From a virus (lineage: Duplodnaviria; Caudoviricetes): a DNA stretch of 64,000 bases. Both the position numbers and the translations under genes were made by a program. The notes under the pieces were generated by a model. That model did no database searches. It was not told where the DNA came from and saw only the letters and a program-made list of their open reading frames with translations. The DNA lies in the IMG/VR virus record IMGVR_UViG_3300022602_000025; one strand, 5' to 3'. Positions 54,104-64,000 of this stretch are shown piece by piece (position 1 is the first letter of the stretch; each line of letters starts with the position of its first letter).

Positions 54104-54375
54104 AAAGACTAGCATTACTAATTCCTGTAATACTATTAAGCGGGTGCCTTGCTACTACAAGACCAGTTACAAAATTAGATTTTCCGGCTATACCAGACGA
54201 TTTAAAACAAGCATGTCCTGATCTAGTACTTGCAGATCGCGACAGTCAAAAACTAAGTGACTTAATATCAACAGTTGGCGATAATTACACACAGTATAAT
54301 TTGTGTAAAATTAAAGTAGATGCGTGGATTGAATGGTATAATACTCAAAAACAAATAAGTGATTCTGTGAAATGA
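54100..54375 (+). CDS. Lipoprotein (o-spanin/Rz1-like)
   Basis: LLSGC lipobox, Pro-containing segment, two further Cys. Confidence 0.65.
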   Translation: MKRLALLIPVILLSGCLATTRPVTKLDFPAIPDDLKQACPDLVLADRDSQKLSDLISTVGDNYTQYNLCKIKVDAWIEWYNTQKQISDSVK

Positions 54376-54752
54376 AAAAATTATTATTAGCGGTAGCATT
54401 ACTTTTATCAGGGTGTGCAGCAATACAAGAACAAATTCCTAGTTTTTGGGACCCTAATCAAAGTAAAATTGTAACAGATATTCAACAAACAACTAGACAT
54501 ATCGATTGTACAGCAGATTTAAAACCTCAACTAGTAACGCTTTATAATCAAGTTGAGTGGTACGACTTATATGCTCAAACTAAACCAACTTACGACATGC
54601 AAAAACTAGACAAGTTAATGGTTACTACTATTAAAGAGTTTCAAGATAAAGTAAATGCAGGTCCAGTAAGCCCGTTATATTGCGATCTTAAGAAAAAGAT
54701 CCTAATACAACAGGGTGATATTATTGCCAAAACTGTACAAGGAAGATTCTAA
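54372..54752 (+). CDS. Lipoprotein
   Basis: LLLSGC lipobox. Confidence 0.7.
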   Translation: MKKLLLAVALLLSGCAAIQEQIPSFWDPNQSKIVTDIQQTTRHIDCTADLKPQLVTLYNQVEWYDLYAQTKPTYDMQKLDKLMVTTIKEFQDKVNAGPVSPLYCDLKKKILIQQGDIIAKTVQGRF

Positions 54753-54988
54753 TGAGCGATACATTAAACCAAGTAGCAACTAGCGGTGACCAATGGGCGG
54801 CAGAACGTGCCCAATACGCACTACAAGTTCAACAAGCAGTAAGCGCAGGACAAATGAGTACGAGTGAAGCTAAAGAAGTATTGCAAGATCTTATCAATAC
54901 TCAACAGTTACAAGAACAGGCCAATGCAGATCATGTTAAGGCTGCATTATTTTTTGGAATAACACAATTAATCAGTTTCTACGCATAA
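54752..54988 (+). CDS. Small helical hypothetical protein
   Basis: TAATG overlap. Confidence 0.6.
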   Translation: MSDTLNQVATSGDQWAAERAQYALQVQQAVSAGQMSTSEAKEVLQDLINTQQLQEQANADHVKAALFFGITQLISFYA

Positions 54989-55057
54989 TATAATCTAACT
55001 TTAATCAGATTTATTAAGTATGTAGATAAATAGTTGCATTAAAGGGGCAACTAGCAA

Positions 55058-56140
55058 ATGGCGTCAACAAAAGTTTTATTCATTCTCAAGAGACGAGAAG
55101 ATTTCAATCCTGTGAAACACAGTCCACAGGGATTAAGCACAGGTCTATTCAATTCCGCAAATTTCATGAACGAAATGCTTCAAGAAGCAGGCATCGATTC
55201 TGCGATTGAAGTTGCTATCGATAATAATTGCATTGATAGACTAGTAACCCTACATAAACCTACCCATGTTATTATTGAAGCCCTGTGGGTAGTTCCAACT
55301 AAATTTGCTGTGCTAACTCCCCTACACCCAGATGTTAAATGGATAGTACGCTTACATAGCGAGATGCCATTCATAGCAGGTGAAGGTATGGCGATGGACT
55401 GGATCGGCGAATATATCAAATTCCCTCAAATTAGTATTGGTGTAAACGCACCTCGTATGCTCAACGAAGCTAGAGTGTATTTGTCCACTACTACAAAATT
55501 AACAGAGCAAGAAATAGACAAGCGTGTATTTTACATGCCTAATTTTTACCCTCAAACATACAATACTAAAGTAGGAAAACCTACTCACAAATATCGCGGT
55601 GATCAATATTGGATTGATGTTGCATGTTTTGGTGCAATCCGCCCATTAAAGAATCACATGATACAAGCTGTAGCCGCCCTAAAATATGCCAATCAACACG
55701 GTAAACAATTACGGTTCCATATTAATGCAGGCCGTGTAGAAATGCAGGGTAGCCCTGTACTAAACAATCTAAAAAATATGTTCGAACATCTAGCAGATTA
55801 CGGACACAAACTAGTAATGCACGAATGGCGTCCAAGAGAAGAATTCCTAGAATTATGTGCAGAAATGGATGTCGGACTACAATGTAACTTCTCAGAAACA
55901 TTTAATATTGTAAGTTCTGATCTAATGAGCCAAGGTGTACCAATCGTAAGCTCACGAGAAATCCCATGGAGTGCTTCTTTCTTTAACGCTAACCCAACAG
56001 AAAGTGATGAGATTTTCCATGCTATGACCCGCGCCCTAGTTTTTAAACAAGCTAACGTGTGGTTACATCAGCGAAAATTAACTAAATACACTGACAAAAC
56101 AAGAAAGATTTGGGTTAACTACTTCAAATCTCAAGAATAA
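55058..56140 (+). CDS. GT-B fold glycosyltransferase-like protein
   Basis: FGAIRPLKNH and ETFNIVSSD...GVPIV (E-x7 motif region of the GT4 type). Confidence 0.65.
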   Translation: MASTKVLFILKRREDFNPVKHSPQGLSTGLFNSANFMNEMLQEAGIDSAIEVAIDNNCIDRLVTLHKPTHVIIEALWVVPTKFAVLTPLHPDVKWIVRLHSEMPFIAGEGMAMDWIGEYIKFPQISIGVNAPRMLNEARVYLSTTTKLTEQEIDKRVFYMPNFYPQTYNTKVGKPTHKYRGDQYWIDVACFGAIRPLKNHMIQAVAALKYANQHGKQLRFHINAGRVEMQGSPVLNNLKNMFEHLADYGHKLVMHEWRPREEFLELCAEMDVGLQCNFSETFNIVSSDLMSQGVPIVSSREIPWSASFFNANPTESDEIFHAMTRALVFKQANVWLHQRKLTKYTDKTRKIWVNYFKSQE

Positions 56141-56403
56141 TGTTTAACTGGATTAGACAGTTAATAAAAAAGCAGAACACTACTGCAATTTTTAAGGAAA
56201 AAGAAATGTCAAAAAAACATCGTGTAAGATTACATAATTGGGTTGATGGTCTACTTTTGTGGACGGAGCAAGCATTTGAGTCAATTGAAGAAGCTGTAGA
56301 ATTTGCTAACAATTCCGGTGCAAGCAGCGCCAAAGTATTCAATGAAGATAACGTCATTGTTCATCATGTAAAAACTACAGAGACTGGTAGTACATACGCT
56401 TAA
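56140..56403 (+). CDS. Hypothetical protein
   Basis: Coupled ORF, alternative start at MSKKHR. Confidence 0.55.
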   Translation: MFNWIRQLIKKQNTTAIFKEKEMSKKHRVRLHNWVDGLLLWTEQAFESIEEAVEFANNSGASSAKVFNEDNVIVHHVKTTETGSTYA

Positions 56404-56419
56404 TTAGGAGAAACTGCAA

Positions 56420-57010
56420 ATGGCATTATTAGATTCAATGTTGAACCTAATTAATAAGCAACCAAAAGATCCAGACGCACCTAAACCACCAGTCGGCTCA
56501 CGTTCAGAACGTGAAGCTAAAATCAAAGATAAAGCAGGTATGGTTATTAATGTGTTTGCGTTGCTATTAGCAGTTAACGTGTGGTACGGTGGCAAGTTGT
56601 CTAGTACCATTATGAACAACACAATCAAAGCCAGCGACATATATAACTTTTATCAAGCAAAAAGTCTAAAACAAGGCCTAGCAGAACAAAATCTTTATGA
56701 AGCACAAAAGAGTGGTGATAAAGCTCGTGCTGCAGAAATGGCTGAAAAGATTGAAAAGTACGAAAGCGATCCTAAATCGGGAGAAGGCAAGAAAGAGCTA
56801 CTAGCAAAAGCAAATAAACTAGAAGCAGAACGTGACGAAGCTAAAGCACGTAGCCCGTGGATTGGATATGCGTCAACCGCTTACCAAATGGCAATCGTTA
56901 TTCTTTCAGCAAGTATCCTTGCTGTTAGTATGGGACTGTTCTGGAGTAGTTTTGTAGTAGCAGGTTTAGGTTTAATATTAAGCCTAAACGGTTTGTTTCT
57001 TTGGTTTTAA
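56420..57010 (+). CDS. DUF4337-like membrane protein
   Basis: TM helix, D.YNFYQAKS.K motif, coiled coil, C-terminal TMs. Confidence 0.7.
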   Translation: MALLDSMLNLINKQPKDPDAPKPPVGSRSEREAKIKDKAGMVINVFALLLAVNVWYGGKLSSTIMNNTIKASDIYNFYQAKSLKQGLAEQNLYEAQKSGDKARAAEMAEKIEKYESDPKSGEGKKELLAKANKLEAERDEAKARSPWIGYASTAYQMAIVILSASILAVSMGLFWSSFVVAGLGLILSLNGLFLWF

Positions 57011-57028
57011 ACTTTTAGGAGAAGTAAA

Positions 57029-57397
57029 ATGGGATTTTTTTCAAACACAGTTAGTAAGGCAAAAGATATTGAAGGTACTATCGTAAAAGATTTTCAAAAA
57101 TTTGAAAATTTAATTGTATCAGATGTTAAAAAAGATTTTGAATCTGCACGTGCCGATGCACTGGCAGCAAATGAGTTGGTTAACAAATTAAAAGCAGACT
57201 TACAGGCTGCGTTAACTAAAGCACGTGATTTACACCAAGTCGCTGTAGATGCCGCAACAGCAGCCGCTCAGGCCGCAGATGCTGATTCTGCAAAATTTAA
57301 AGCGTTAGCAGCTGCACACGCCGCTGACTTAGCTACACAAGCAAGCCAAATCATTGCACCTCCAGCGCCAGTAGTAGACACTCCCGCAGCACAATAA
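57029..57397 (+). CDS. Ala-rich coiled-coil protein
   Basis: AGGAG SD. Confidence 0.65.
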   Translation: MGFFSNTVSKAKDIEGTIVKDFQKFENLIVSDVKKDFESARADALAANELVNKLKADLQAALTKARDLHQVAVDAATAAAQAADADSAKFKALAAAHAADLATQASQIIAPPAPVVDTPAAQ

Positions 57398-57419
57398 CAC
57401 CAAACAGCAAGGAGCGACA

Positions 57420-58052
57420 ATGTCAAAGAAAAACGATAACTGGATGCAAACACTATGGCGTCCAATGATGGGTTGGATGTACATGTTAATATGTCTGTTA
57501 GACATGGCGGTATTCCCAGTCCTATGGGCATTATGGCAAGGTTATAATCATGTACCTATCACACAGTGGAATCCACTAACACTTCAAGGTGCTGGCTTAT
57601 TCCATATCGCCATGGGTGCTGTGTTAGGTATCTCAGCATTTGGTCGTACACAAGAAAAATTAGCAGGTACAGCGGCCAATCCAACTGCTACAAGCCAAAC
57701 TATTACTAATAATCAAAACATGTCAGGCAACGTAGCTGGCGGCTTTGGTAGCAACTCAGGTGGTATGGGTGGCGGAATGGGCGGCATGAACTCAGGAATG
57801 GGCGGTGGTATGGGCGGTGGCTTTGGTGGCTCAAGTATGGGTGGCGGCTTTAGTGCTCCTGCATCAAGCGGATTCGGTGGATCTAGTAGTTTTGGATCAC
57901 CGTCAACACCTGCACCAACAAGTAGTTTTGGTGCAGCGACAACTCCATCAAGTAGCCCAATTCCTCCAGCAAGTAACCCTACAATCAAACCGCCTCCAAT
58001 AACTAGCGGTCCTCCACCATCACCAGCAGGTGGATTTGGTAGCGGATTCTAA
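57420..58052 (+). CDS. Holin-like membrane protein with Gly/Met- and Pro/Ser-rich tail
   Basis: WRPMMGW...FHIAMGAVLGISAFGRTQEK resembles the 3TM holin family, low-complexity C-terminus. Confidence 0.6.
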   Translation: MSKKNDNWMQTLWRPMMGWMYMLICLLDMAVFPVLWALWQGYNHVPITQWNPLTLQGAGLFHIAMGAVLGISAFGRTQEKLAGTAANPTATSQTITNNQNMSGNVAGGFGSNSGGMGGGMGGMNSGMGGGMGGGFGGSSMGGGFSAPASSGFGGSSSFGSPSTPAPTSSFGAATTPSSSPIPPASNPTIKPPPITSGPPPSPAGGFGSGF

Positions 58053-58054
58053 TC

Positions 58055-58083
58055 TTGACATCGTTGAGCAAAGGTAGTATAAT
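58055..58083 (+). promoter_or_regulatory. sigma70-type promoter for dnaJ-def-clpA
   Basis: TTGACA-17-TATAAT. Confidence 0.8.
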
Positions 58084-58109
58084 TACTATATTACTTTTGC
58101 TTAAACGAT

Positions 58110-58943
58110 ATGACTGACTTTTACCAAACACTCGGAGTTCCAAAAAACGCTAGCGAAGAGGACATTAAAAAGGCCTATAGATCGTTAGCTATGAAACATC
58201 ATCCTGACCGCGGGGGCGATCAGGCTAAATTCCAACAAATTCAAGAAGCCTACGCTACACTTAGCGATCCACAGGCTCGTGCTGAATACGATAATCCTCA
58301 ACCACAATTTGGCCCAGGCGGCCCAGGCGGATTCCAATTTCACTTTGGTCCAGGTGGTGGCGGATTTGAACAGTTCTTTGAACGTAGTCCGTTTGGAGAT
58401 ATATTTGGATTTAGACAACCAATGGGCAATCGCCCAATACAATTACAAACCTCTATTACATTAGAAGATGCTTTTTACGGTAAAGAAATAGTCGCACAGA
58501 TTACTTTACCTAGTGGACGTGATCGTACTATCAATATCAGTATACCAAAAGGTATACATGAAGGCACTACATTACGATTAGCAGGTATGGGGGACGACTC
58601 TATACAAACAGCACCAAAAGGTGATATTCTTCTTAATGTTCATATACAAGATCATCCTACATTTAAACGCCAGGGCGATGACCTTGTTCGTGATTTAGAA
58701 ATTAGTGCCATTGATGCATTGTTAGGTGCTAAAGTAGTTGTAAGTAGTTTAGATGGTAAACAACTTGAAACAGTTATTGATGCAGGTATCCAGCACGATG
58801 CTGTGTTGAGTTTAGGGGGTTATGGTATGCCAAACTTTAACGATCCAACAAGACGTGGACGGCTGTTGGTTAAGATTAAATTGCGTGTACCAAAACTAGA
58901 CGATAATCAAAAACAACAATTAAGAAACCTCAACCTTAAATGA
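58110..58943 (+). CDS. dnaJ: Class II J-domain chaperone (DnaJ/CbpA-like, no Zn finger)
   Basis: FYQTLGV...[10 protein letters not shown]-rich linker, C-terminal [13 protein letters not shown]. Confidence 0.92.
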   Translation: MTDFYQTLGVPKNASEEDIKKAYRSLAMKHHPDRGGDQAKFQQIQEAYATLSDPQARAEYDNPQPQFGPGGPGGFQFHFGPGGGGFEQFFERSPFGDIFGFRQPMGNRPIQLQTSITLEDAFYGKEIVAQITLPSGRDRTINISIPKGIHEGTTLRLAGMGDDSIQTAPKGDILLNVHIQDHPTFKRQGDDLVRDLEISAIDALLGAKVVVSSLDGKQLETVIDAGIQHDAVLSLGGYGMPNFNDPTRRGRLLVKIKLRVPKLDDNQKQQLRNLNLK

Positions 58944-59431
58944 ATATTGTAAAATTTCCAGCAGAGATTTTGCGGACAAGGATGCCAGAGTTTGACTTTG
59001 ACAATCCTACTACAGATCCTGTACAATTAGAAAAAGACATGATTGAAGCCATGCTAACATATGATGGGATTGGGCTTGCTGCTAATCAAGTAGGCATCAA
59101 TGCTAGAATGTTTGTTATGGGTCATAGAGATAACCCAGAAAATGCAACAGCATTTTTTAATCCCGTAGTTGTTGCTAATACGGAAGATGTTAAAGATTTA
59201 GAAGAAGGCTGTTTAAGTTTTCCGGGTGTGTTTGTTAATGTTAAACGACCTACCGCTATTAAAGCACGTTGGCAAAACTCTAAAGGTGAAACACTAGAAG
59301 GAGAATTTAGTGGATATGAATGTAAGTGTTTTTTACATGAATTAGACCATTTAGAGGGTATTGTTTTTCAAGATAGAGTAAGTACATTAAAGTGGGCCAT
59401 GGCCGTTAAGAAATCAAAGAAAAGGAAATAA
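58940..59431 (+). CDS. def: Peptide deformylase
   Basis: [15 protein letters not shown] and HELDHLEG. Confidence 0.96.
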   Translation: MNIVKFPAEILRTRMPEFDFDNPTTDPVQLEKDMIEAMLTYDGIGLAANQVGINARMFVMGHRDNPENATAFFNPVVVANTEDVKDLEEGCLSFPGVFVNVKRPTAIKARWQNSKGETLEGEFSGYECKCFLHELDHLEGIVFQDRVSTLKWAMAVKKSKKRK

Positions 59432-59432
59432 G

Positions 59433-61712
59433 ATGTTAGAACCAAATAGCGATTTAGAAGCTGTATTTGATCGTGCTGTTAAAATTGCCGCAAAAAACAA
59501 ACACGAGTATATTACGTTAGAACACTTCTTATACAGTTTAATCATTGATTCAAAATTTGAACAGTTGCTGGGCGACTTTGGTGCAGATCTTGAATCTCTT
59601 AAAACTAACCTAGAAACATATATTGCAACAAAGCTAACTGAAATTGTTGTAGAAGATTTAAATCAGCGTCCTAAGAAAACACACTCAATGGAACGTATGT
59701 TAAATCGTGCGTTTACACAAGTGTTGTTTAGCGGTCGTTCAACTATCAGTCCTGTTGATTGCTTCATCAGTATGTTTGCTGAAAAGAAAAGTCATGCCGC
59801 ACATTTTATGCGTCAGGCAAAAATTGACAAAGATGCGTTCATTGACTATATTGGACAAGAAAAGACATCTTCAGAAAATCTTCCAGAAGATGTAAATTCT
59901 ACCCAACTTGAACGTATGTTGGTTCAATTCTGTACTAACCTTAATAACAAAGTTAAGCAGAAGAAAATTGATCCAGTTATTGGTCGTGAAAAAGAAATTG
60001 AAGAAATGCAATTGGTTCTTGCACGTAGAAACAAATGCAACGTCATGATGATTGGCGATCCTGGTGTAGGTAAGACAGCGATTGCTGAAGGTCTTGCACG
60101 TAACATCGTTGAAGGCAAGGTTCCTAAATTTATTGCTGACCATACCGTGTACGCATTAGATATCTCAGCTATGCTTGCTGGCAGTAAGTATCGCGGAGAT
60201 TTTGAAGAACGCTTGAAGATGGTTATCAACGCTCTTGAAAAGAAAAAGAATTGCATCTTGTTTATTGACGAAGCACACATGATTAACGGTGCAGGTGCTG
60301 TAAGCGGTAGTTCAAACGATATGGCTAATATGCTGAAACCTGCACTAGGCAAAGGCACTATTAAAGTTGTTGCGTCGACTACATGGGACGAATATCGTAA
60401 GCACTTTGAAAAGGATCGTGCATTGATGCGCCGTTTCCAACGTGTTGTGATTGACGAGCCAAGCGAAGCAACAGCTATTAAGATCCTTAAAGGTCTTAAG
60501 AAGTATTACGAAAAACATCATAATGTTAAGATCACTAATCAAGCGATCATTGATGCTGTCAAATATAGTATCAAGTATATGCCAGATAAGCACTTACCAG
60601 ACAAAGCTATTGATTTGATTGATTGTGCATCTGCTCGTTTTAAAGTACGTGACGAGGAAGGTGGCATTGTTGATCATGATGAAATCGTTTTTGAAGTATC
60701 TAAGATCGCAAATCTTCCAACAGAACAAGTTGCATCAAAAGAAAATAAAAACCTGCGTGACCTTGATAAGAACATGCGTGGTAAAGTGTTTGGCCAAGAA
60801 AAAGCGATTGATATTTTGTTAGACAAAATTTATATCGCACAAGCAGGATTAAAATCTATCAACAAGCCAGTTGGAAACTTCTTGTTCGTAGGTCCTACGG
60901 GCTGTGGTAAGACTGAGACAGCAAAAGTATTGGCAGAATCAATGGGAGTACAACTTGTACGATTTGATATGAGTGAGTTCCAAGAACAACACTCTGTTGC
61001 CAAGTTCATTGGTGCTCCTCCGGGCTATGTTGGCTTTGAGGATAATGCAGGTCAACTTGTTACTAAACTACAAGAACACCCAAACTGTATCTTGTTATTA
61101 GACGAAATTGAAAAAGCACATCCAAGTGTAAGCAACGTATTGTTAGGATTGATGGACAATGGCTTTGTAACAGGATCTAATGGTAAGAAAGCAGATGCTC
61201 GTAACGCTATCGTTATCCTAACTTCAAACTTAGGTGCAAGTGATGCTGAAAAGAACGGTATTGGATTTGGTAGCATTGATAAAGACGGCGAAATTAACAA
61301 TGCTGTTAATTCGTTCTTCAAACCAGAGTTCCGCAATCGTTTAGACGGTGTTATCCAGTTTGGTAAATTAGATCATGTTGTAATGATTAGGATCGTTAAG
61401 AAATTCGTTGACGAACTTAATGTGCAGATCAAAGATAAGAATGTGTTTGTTAAACCAGATACAGACGCTGTTGAATTGCTAATCAAGAAAGGCTTTAACA
61501 AGAAGATGGGTGCTCGTCCATTAGCTCGTGCTATTGATGAACATATCAAGAAACCGTTAAGTAAAGAAATTCTATTTGGAAGGTTAGTCAACGGCGGAGT
61601 TGTTGAAATCACTGCCGAGGACGATAAATTTAGTTTCAAGTTTGCTGACATATTGCCAGTTGAAAAAGCTAACATCGAAGAAGTTGAAGATGAAAGTTTA
61701 TCAAACGAATAA
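59433..61712 (+). CDS. clpA: ClpA-type AAA+ unfoldase
   Basis: N-domain, two AAA modules (GDPGVGKT, GPTGCGKT), IGF ClpP-docking loop, FKPEFRNRLD. Confidence 0.95.
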   Translation: MLEPNSDLEAVFDRAVKIAAKNKHEYITLEHFLYSLIIDSKFEQLLGDFGADLESLKTNLETYIATKLTEIVVEDLNQRPKKTHSMERMLNRAFTQVLFSGRSTISPVDCFISMFAEKKSHAAHFMRQAKIDKDAFIDYIGQEKTSSENLPEDVNSTQLERMLVQFCTNLNNKVKQKKIDPVIGREKEIEEMQLVLARRNKCNVMMIGDPGVGKTAIAEGLARNIVEGKVPKFIADHTVYALDISAMLAGSKYRGDFEERLKMVINALEKKKNCILFIDEAHMINGAGAVSGSSNDMANMLKPALGKGTIKVVASTTWDEYRKHFEKDRALMRRFQRVVIDEPSEATAIKILKGLKKYYEKHHNVKITNQAIIDAVKYSIKYMPDKHLPDKAIDLIDCASARFKVRDEEGGIVDHDEIVFEVSKIANLPTEQVASKENKNLRDLDKNMRGKVFGQEKAIDILLDKIYIAQAGLKSINKPVGNFLFVGPTGCGKTETAKVLAESMGVQLVRFDMSEFQEQHSVAKFIGAPPGYVGFEDNAGQLVTKLQEHPNCILLLDEIEKAHPSVSNVLLGLMDNGFVTGSNGKKADARNAIVILTSNLGASDAEKNGIGFGSIDKDGEINNAVNSFFKPEFRNRLDGVIQFGKLDHVVMIRIVKKFVDELNVQIKDKNVFVKPDTDAVELLIKKGFNKKMGARPLARAIDEHIKKPLSKEILFGRLVNGGVVEITAEDDKFSFKFADILPVEKANIEEVEDESLSNE

Positions 61713-62352
61713 ACTATTTTTTAAAAAATGGCCTTATAAAGTAGAAACTAATGCCCCAAAAGCTCATTTAATCAAAGAGTGGGGCATTAGCCGTACTATT
61801 GATATTTGCACGAATACATGGCAACCATTATGGGTCCGTAAGCAACTATCTGAAGATCAAAAATTAAAACTACACAAATATATCTATGATTCTACAGAAT
61901 TCTTAAATTCTGCAGGACAACTTAGATTTGAAGGCGATACTTGTAGTTTCTATACTGACGACTACGAGTTATACAAAAAAATGTGTACAGAAATGTCACC
62001 GTGGGTTGTAAGTATAACCGAACCTGCTAGCGAAGAAGATTTAAAGATACTTCAAGAAAAAAGTAGGTACCGTCTTTGTGATCGATTGCCTTATAACAAA
62101 TACAAGTACAAGGTATACCTCCGTGAACGTATGCCCCAAAATGTTAGATCTAACTTTGCTACATGGTTAGAACACTATTCTGAACAAGTTAAAATGGCTA
62201 AGAATACACATTTTTGGTTGGCTGGAAAAAGAAATTGGATACAAGACCCGTTCCTTTATGTGGTAGATGGCCCTAACCTAAGCATGATTACTATGTTTTT
62301 AGGTGAATATGTTAAAAAAACACAAGAATTTGTCCTAAGAGATATACAATAA
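61690..62352 (+). CDS. Hypothetical protein
   Basis: Start MKVYQTNK overlapping the clpA end. Confidence 0.6.
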   Translation: MKVYQTNKLFFKKWPYKVETNAPKAHLIKEWGISRTIDICTNTWQPLWVRKQLSEDQKLKLHKYIYDSTEFLNSAGQLRFEGDTCSFYTDDYELYKKMCTEMSPWVVSITEPASEEDLKILQEKSRYRLCDRLPYNKYKYKVYLRERMPQNVRSNFATWLEHYSEQVKMAKNTHFWLAGKRNWIQDPFLYVVDGPNLSMITMFLGEYVKKTQEFVLRDIQ

Positions 62353-62373
62353 ATAGTATATCTAGGACAAATT

Positions 62374-62841
62374 ATGCCAGCAACTAGTACGACACTACAA
62401 TTTTACAATCCATACATAACTCGTAATCAGCACGTTTCACAGCCTAGCTTTACGATGCCACAAATGGTCAACGGACAACAAGTTCCGCCTGTGCTAACTG
62501 TGTACAGCGATCGCATAAATGCCGCTGGCTATTACAGTTTAGGCTCTGTACAACACACAATTAGCTATACTATAGAAGGTTCATTTAGAGGAACCATTAC
62601 AATACAATACTCTAATTTTCCTAATCCGCAAGATACTGACTGGACAGATATTCCAGAAACACAAAAATACTACTATGGCCTAGAAACTACGGGTAGTGCA
62701 GGCATTAGCGGCGGGTTTAGTGGTGCGATTAGCCACCCTACACAAACTGATCTCTTTAATTTTGTAGGCAATTACGCTTATCTCCGTGCAAGATTAGACA
62801 TTAGCCAAGGTACTGTAAACACAGTCAGGTACAATTTCTAA
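62374..62841 (+). CDS. Beta-rich hypothetical (probably virion) protein
   Basis: ATAAATA box at 62349. Confidence 0.6.
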   Translation: MPATSTTLQFYNPYITRNQHVSQPSFTMPQMVNGQQVPPVLTVYSDRINAAGYYSLGSVQHTISYTIEGSFRGTITIQYSNFPNPQDTDWTDIPETQKYYYGLETTGSAGISGGFSGAISHPTQTDLFNFVGNYAYLRARLDISQGTVNTVRYNF

Positions 62842-62892
62842 AAGCTAAAATGCACTAAATATAGCATATTACCTTAACCCTAGCAGACTATT

Positions 62893-63291
62893 ATGAAACT
62901 ATACGAATTTTTTGGCAAAATTGATCGAAGTGTTAATCCAGAGGATAAAGATAAAGATCCTTCTACATTAAATCAAGAAGAAGAACAGCATCTTGCAGAT
63001 GACCTTTTTTGGTTTATAATCGATCACGATGATCTACATAAACAGCACTTTATGCCTAAGGCTAAAGAGCTTAAGGCTGCACACAGCGCAGACAAATCCG
63101 ATAGTACTAAAGATTGGAAACACTGGCTACCAATGGTTAAGGAAGGCTGTATTAGGTACTTTGAACAACATCATGTACCTGGTGATCCTAAAGAAACATT
63201 TAATCAAGAATTTATGAAAACGTTATGCAGACGTTGTGCAGAACACTATCATAAAGATATCATTAAAGGCGAATATAAGTTAGGCCACTAA
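62893..63291 (+). CDS. Hypothetical protein
   Basis: 132-aa ORF, MKLYEF N-terminus. Confidence 0.6.
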   Translation: MKLYEFFGKIDRSVNPEDKDKDPSTLNQEEEQHLADDLFWFIIDHDDLHKQHFMPKAKELKAAHSADKSDSTKDWKHWLPMVKEGCIRYFEQHHVPGDPKETFNQEFMKTLCRRCAEHYHKDIIKGEYKLGH

Positions 63292-63292
63292 T

Positions 63293-64000
63293 ATGCTTTT
63301 GAATAGTTTATTCCAACCTAAAGAACAAATTAATGAAGCCATCACTGTTGATGAATTCAAAGATATATTAAAGAAGTTCTTGCCCCTTGCTAAAAAGATA
63401 ATTGGTCTAGAAAAACTTCCCACTATCGTTCTTAAAAAAACACTAGCACACGGCGATCAACCAACTATGGGTCGTTTTTATAACGACACTTATACTTTAG
63501 AACTAGCAGTTGCTAATCGTCAACCTGTTGATGCACTGAGAACATTAGCTCACGAGCTAACACATGCCCTACAAGATAGCGAGCATATCGAAATCAGTCC
63601 AGAAACAGGTAGCCCAGAAGAAAACAAAGCGAATGAAATGGCTGGTATTGTTATGCGCCACTTCAATAAGCAATACCCAGAATACTTAAAATACCAATCC
63701 ATTATGGAAGGTGGTAATTTAGAAGTACCTGATGTTGATCAACCAGGTCAATCTCATCAAGCAGATACTATAGAATTAAAAGTACACAACCGTAGTTTCA
63801 TGGTCGGTGTATTAAACAAGTTACTACAAGACATCAATGCGTCTTTCCAAGCACAGTATAATCAACCATTATGGAGTCCTCAGCTGATAAAAGCTGGTAC
63901 ATTCCTAAGTGGTAGCTCATTACACTTCTTCAATGTTAAAGGCATTCCAGACGAACAGTTTGTTGCTAAGAAACCTAAAGTAGGTGACATTGATACACAA
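63293..64000 (+). CDS. Partial ORF with HExxH zincin motif (runs off the window end)
   Basis: Manual translation: MLLNSLF...RTLAHELTH...GSPEENKANEMAG..., no stop before 64000. Confidence 0.75.
   Translation, partial: MLLNSLFQPKEQINEAITVDEFKDILKKFLPLAKKIIGLEKLPTIVLKKTLAHGDQPTMGRFYNDTYTLELAVANRQPVDALRTLAHELTHALQDSEHIEISPETGSPEENKANEMAGIVMRHFNKQYPEYLKYQSIMEGGNLEVPDVDQPGQSHQADTIELKVHNRSFMVGVLNKLLQDINASFQAQYNQPLWSPQLIKAGTFLSGSSLHFFNVKGIPDEQFVAKKPKVGDIDTQ

Noticed and set aside
1-64000. Stop-codon reassignment
   Set aside because: Conserved genes translate full-length in code 11, TAG/TGA/TAA all end genes, and no suppressor tRNA was found.
1-64000. CRISPR array, reverse transcriptase/retron or diversity-generating retroelement
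   Set aside because: No regularly spaced direct repeats with unique spacers and no RT motifs were seen by eye. Repeats at 44.7-45.3 kb are in-frame coding repeats.

Overview
A 64-kb AT-rich segment of a large tailed-phage genome with T4-like traits: ATAAATA late-promoter boxes, an RFC/gp44-like clamp loader and a gp9/gp10-like baseplate N-terminus. The DnaK and ClpA look proteobacterial (inference). Bases 1-11.3 kb hold a tRNA array of 21 recognisable tRNAs, interleaved with an RtcB RNA ligase, an HNH endonuclease sitting inside the two halves of a broken tRNA-Pro-like gene, several atypical tRNA-like RNAs and several structured intergenic RNA candidates. Next come a ParB-like/HNH/FkbM/DNA-methyltransferase/glycosyltransferase cluster (12.3-18.5 kb), small hypothetical genes (19-28 kb), and repair and auxiliary genes (MBD4-like glycosylase, clpP, queD behind a preQ1-I-like leader, uvsE, SOD, degenerate SufC and SufB/D-like). 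A tail/baseplate block spans 34.5-47.1 kb, followed by a replication, proteostasis and lysis block (DnaE fragment, GroES, homing endonuclease, MazG-like, clamp loader, phoH, spanin-like and holin-like genes, dnaJ, def, clpA). All annotation is by eye from motifs and base-pairing; no database searches or folding programs were run.
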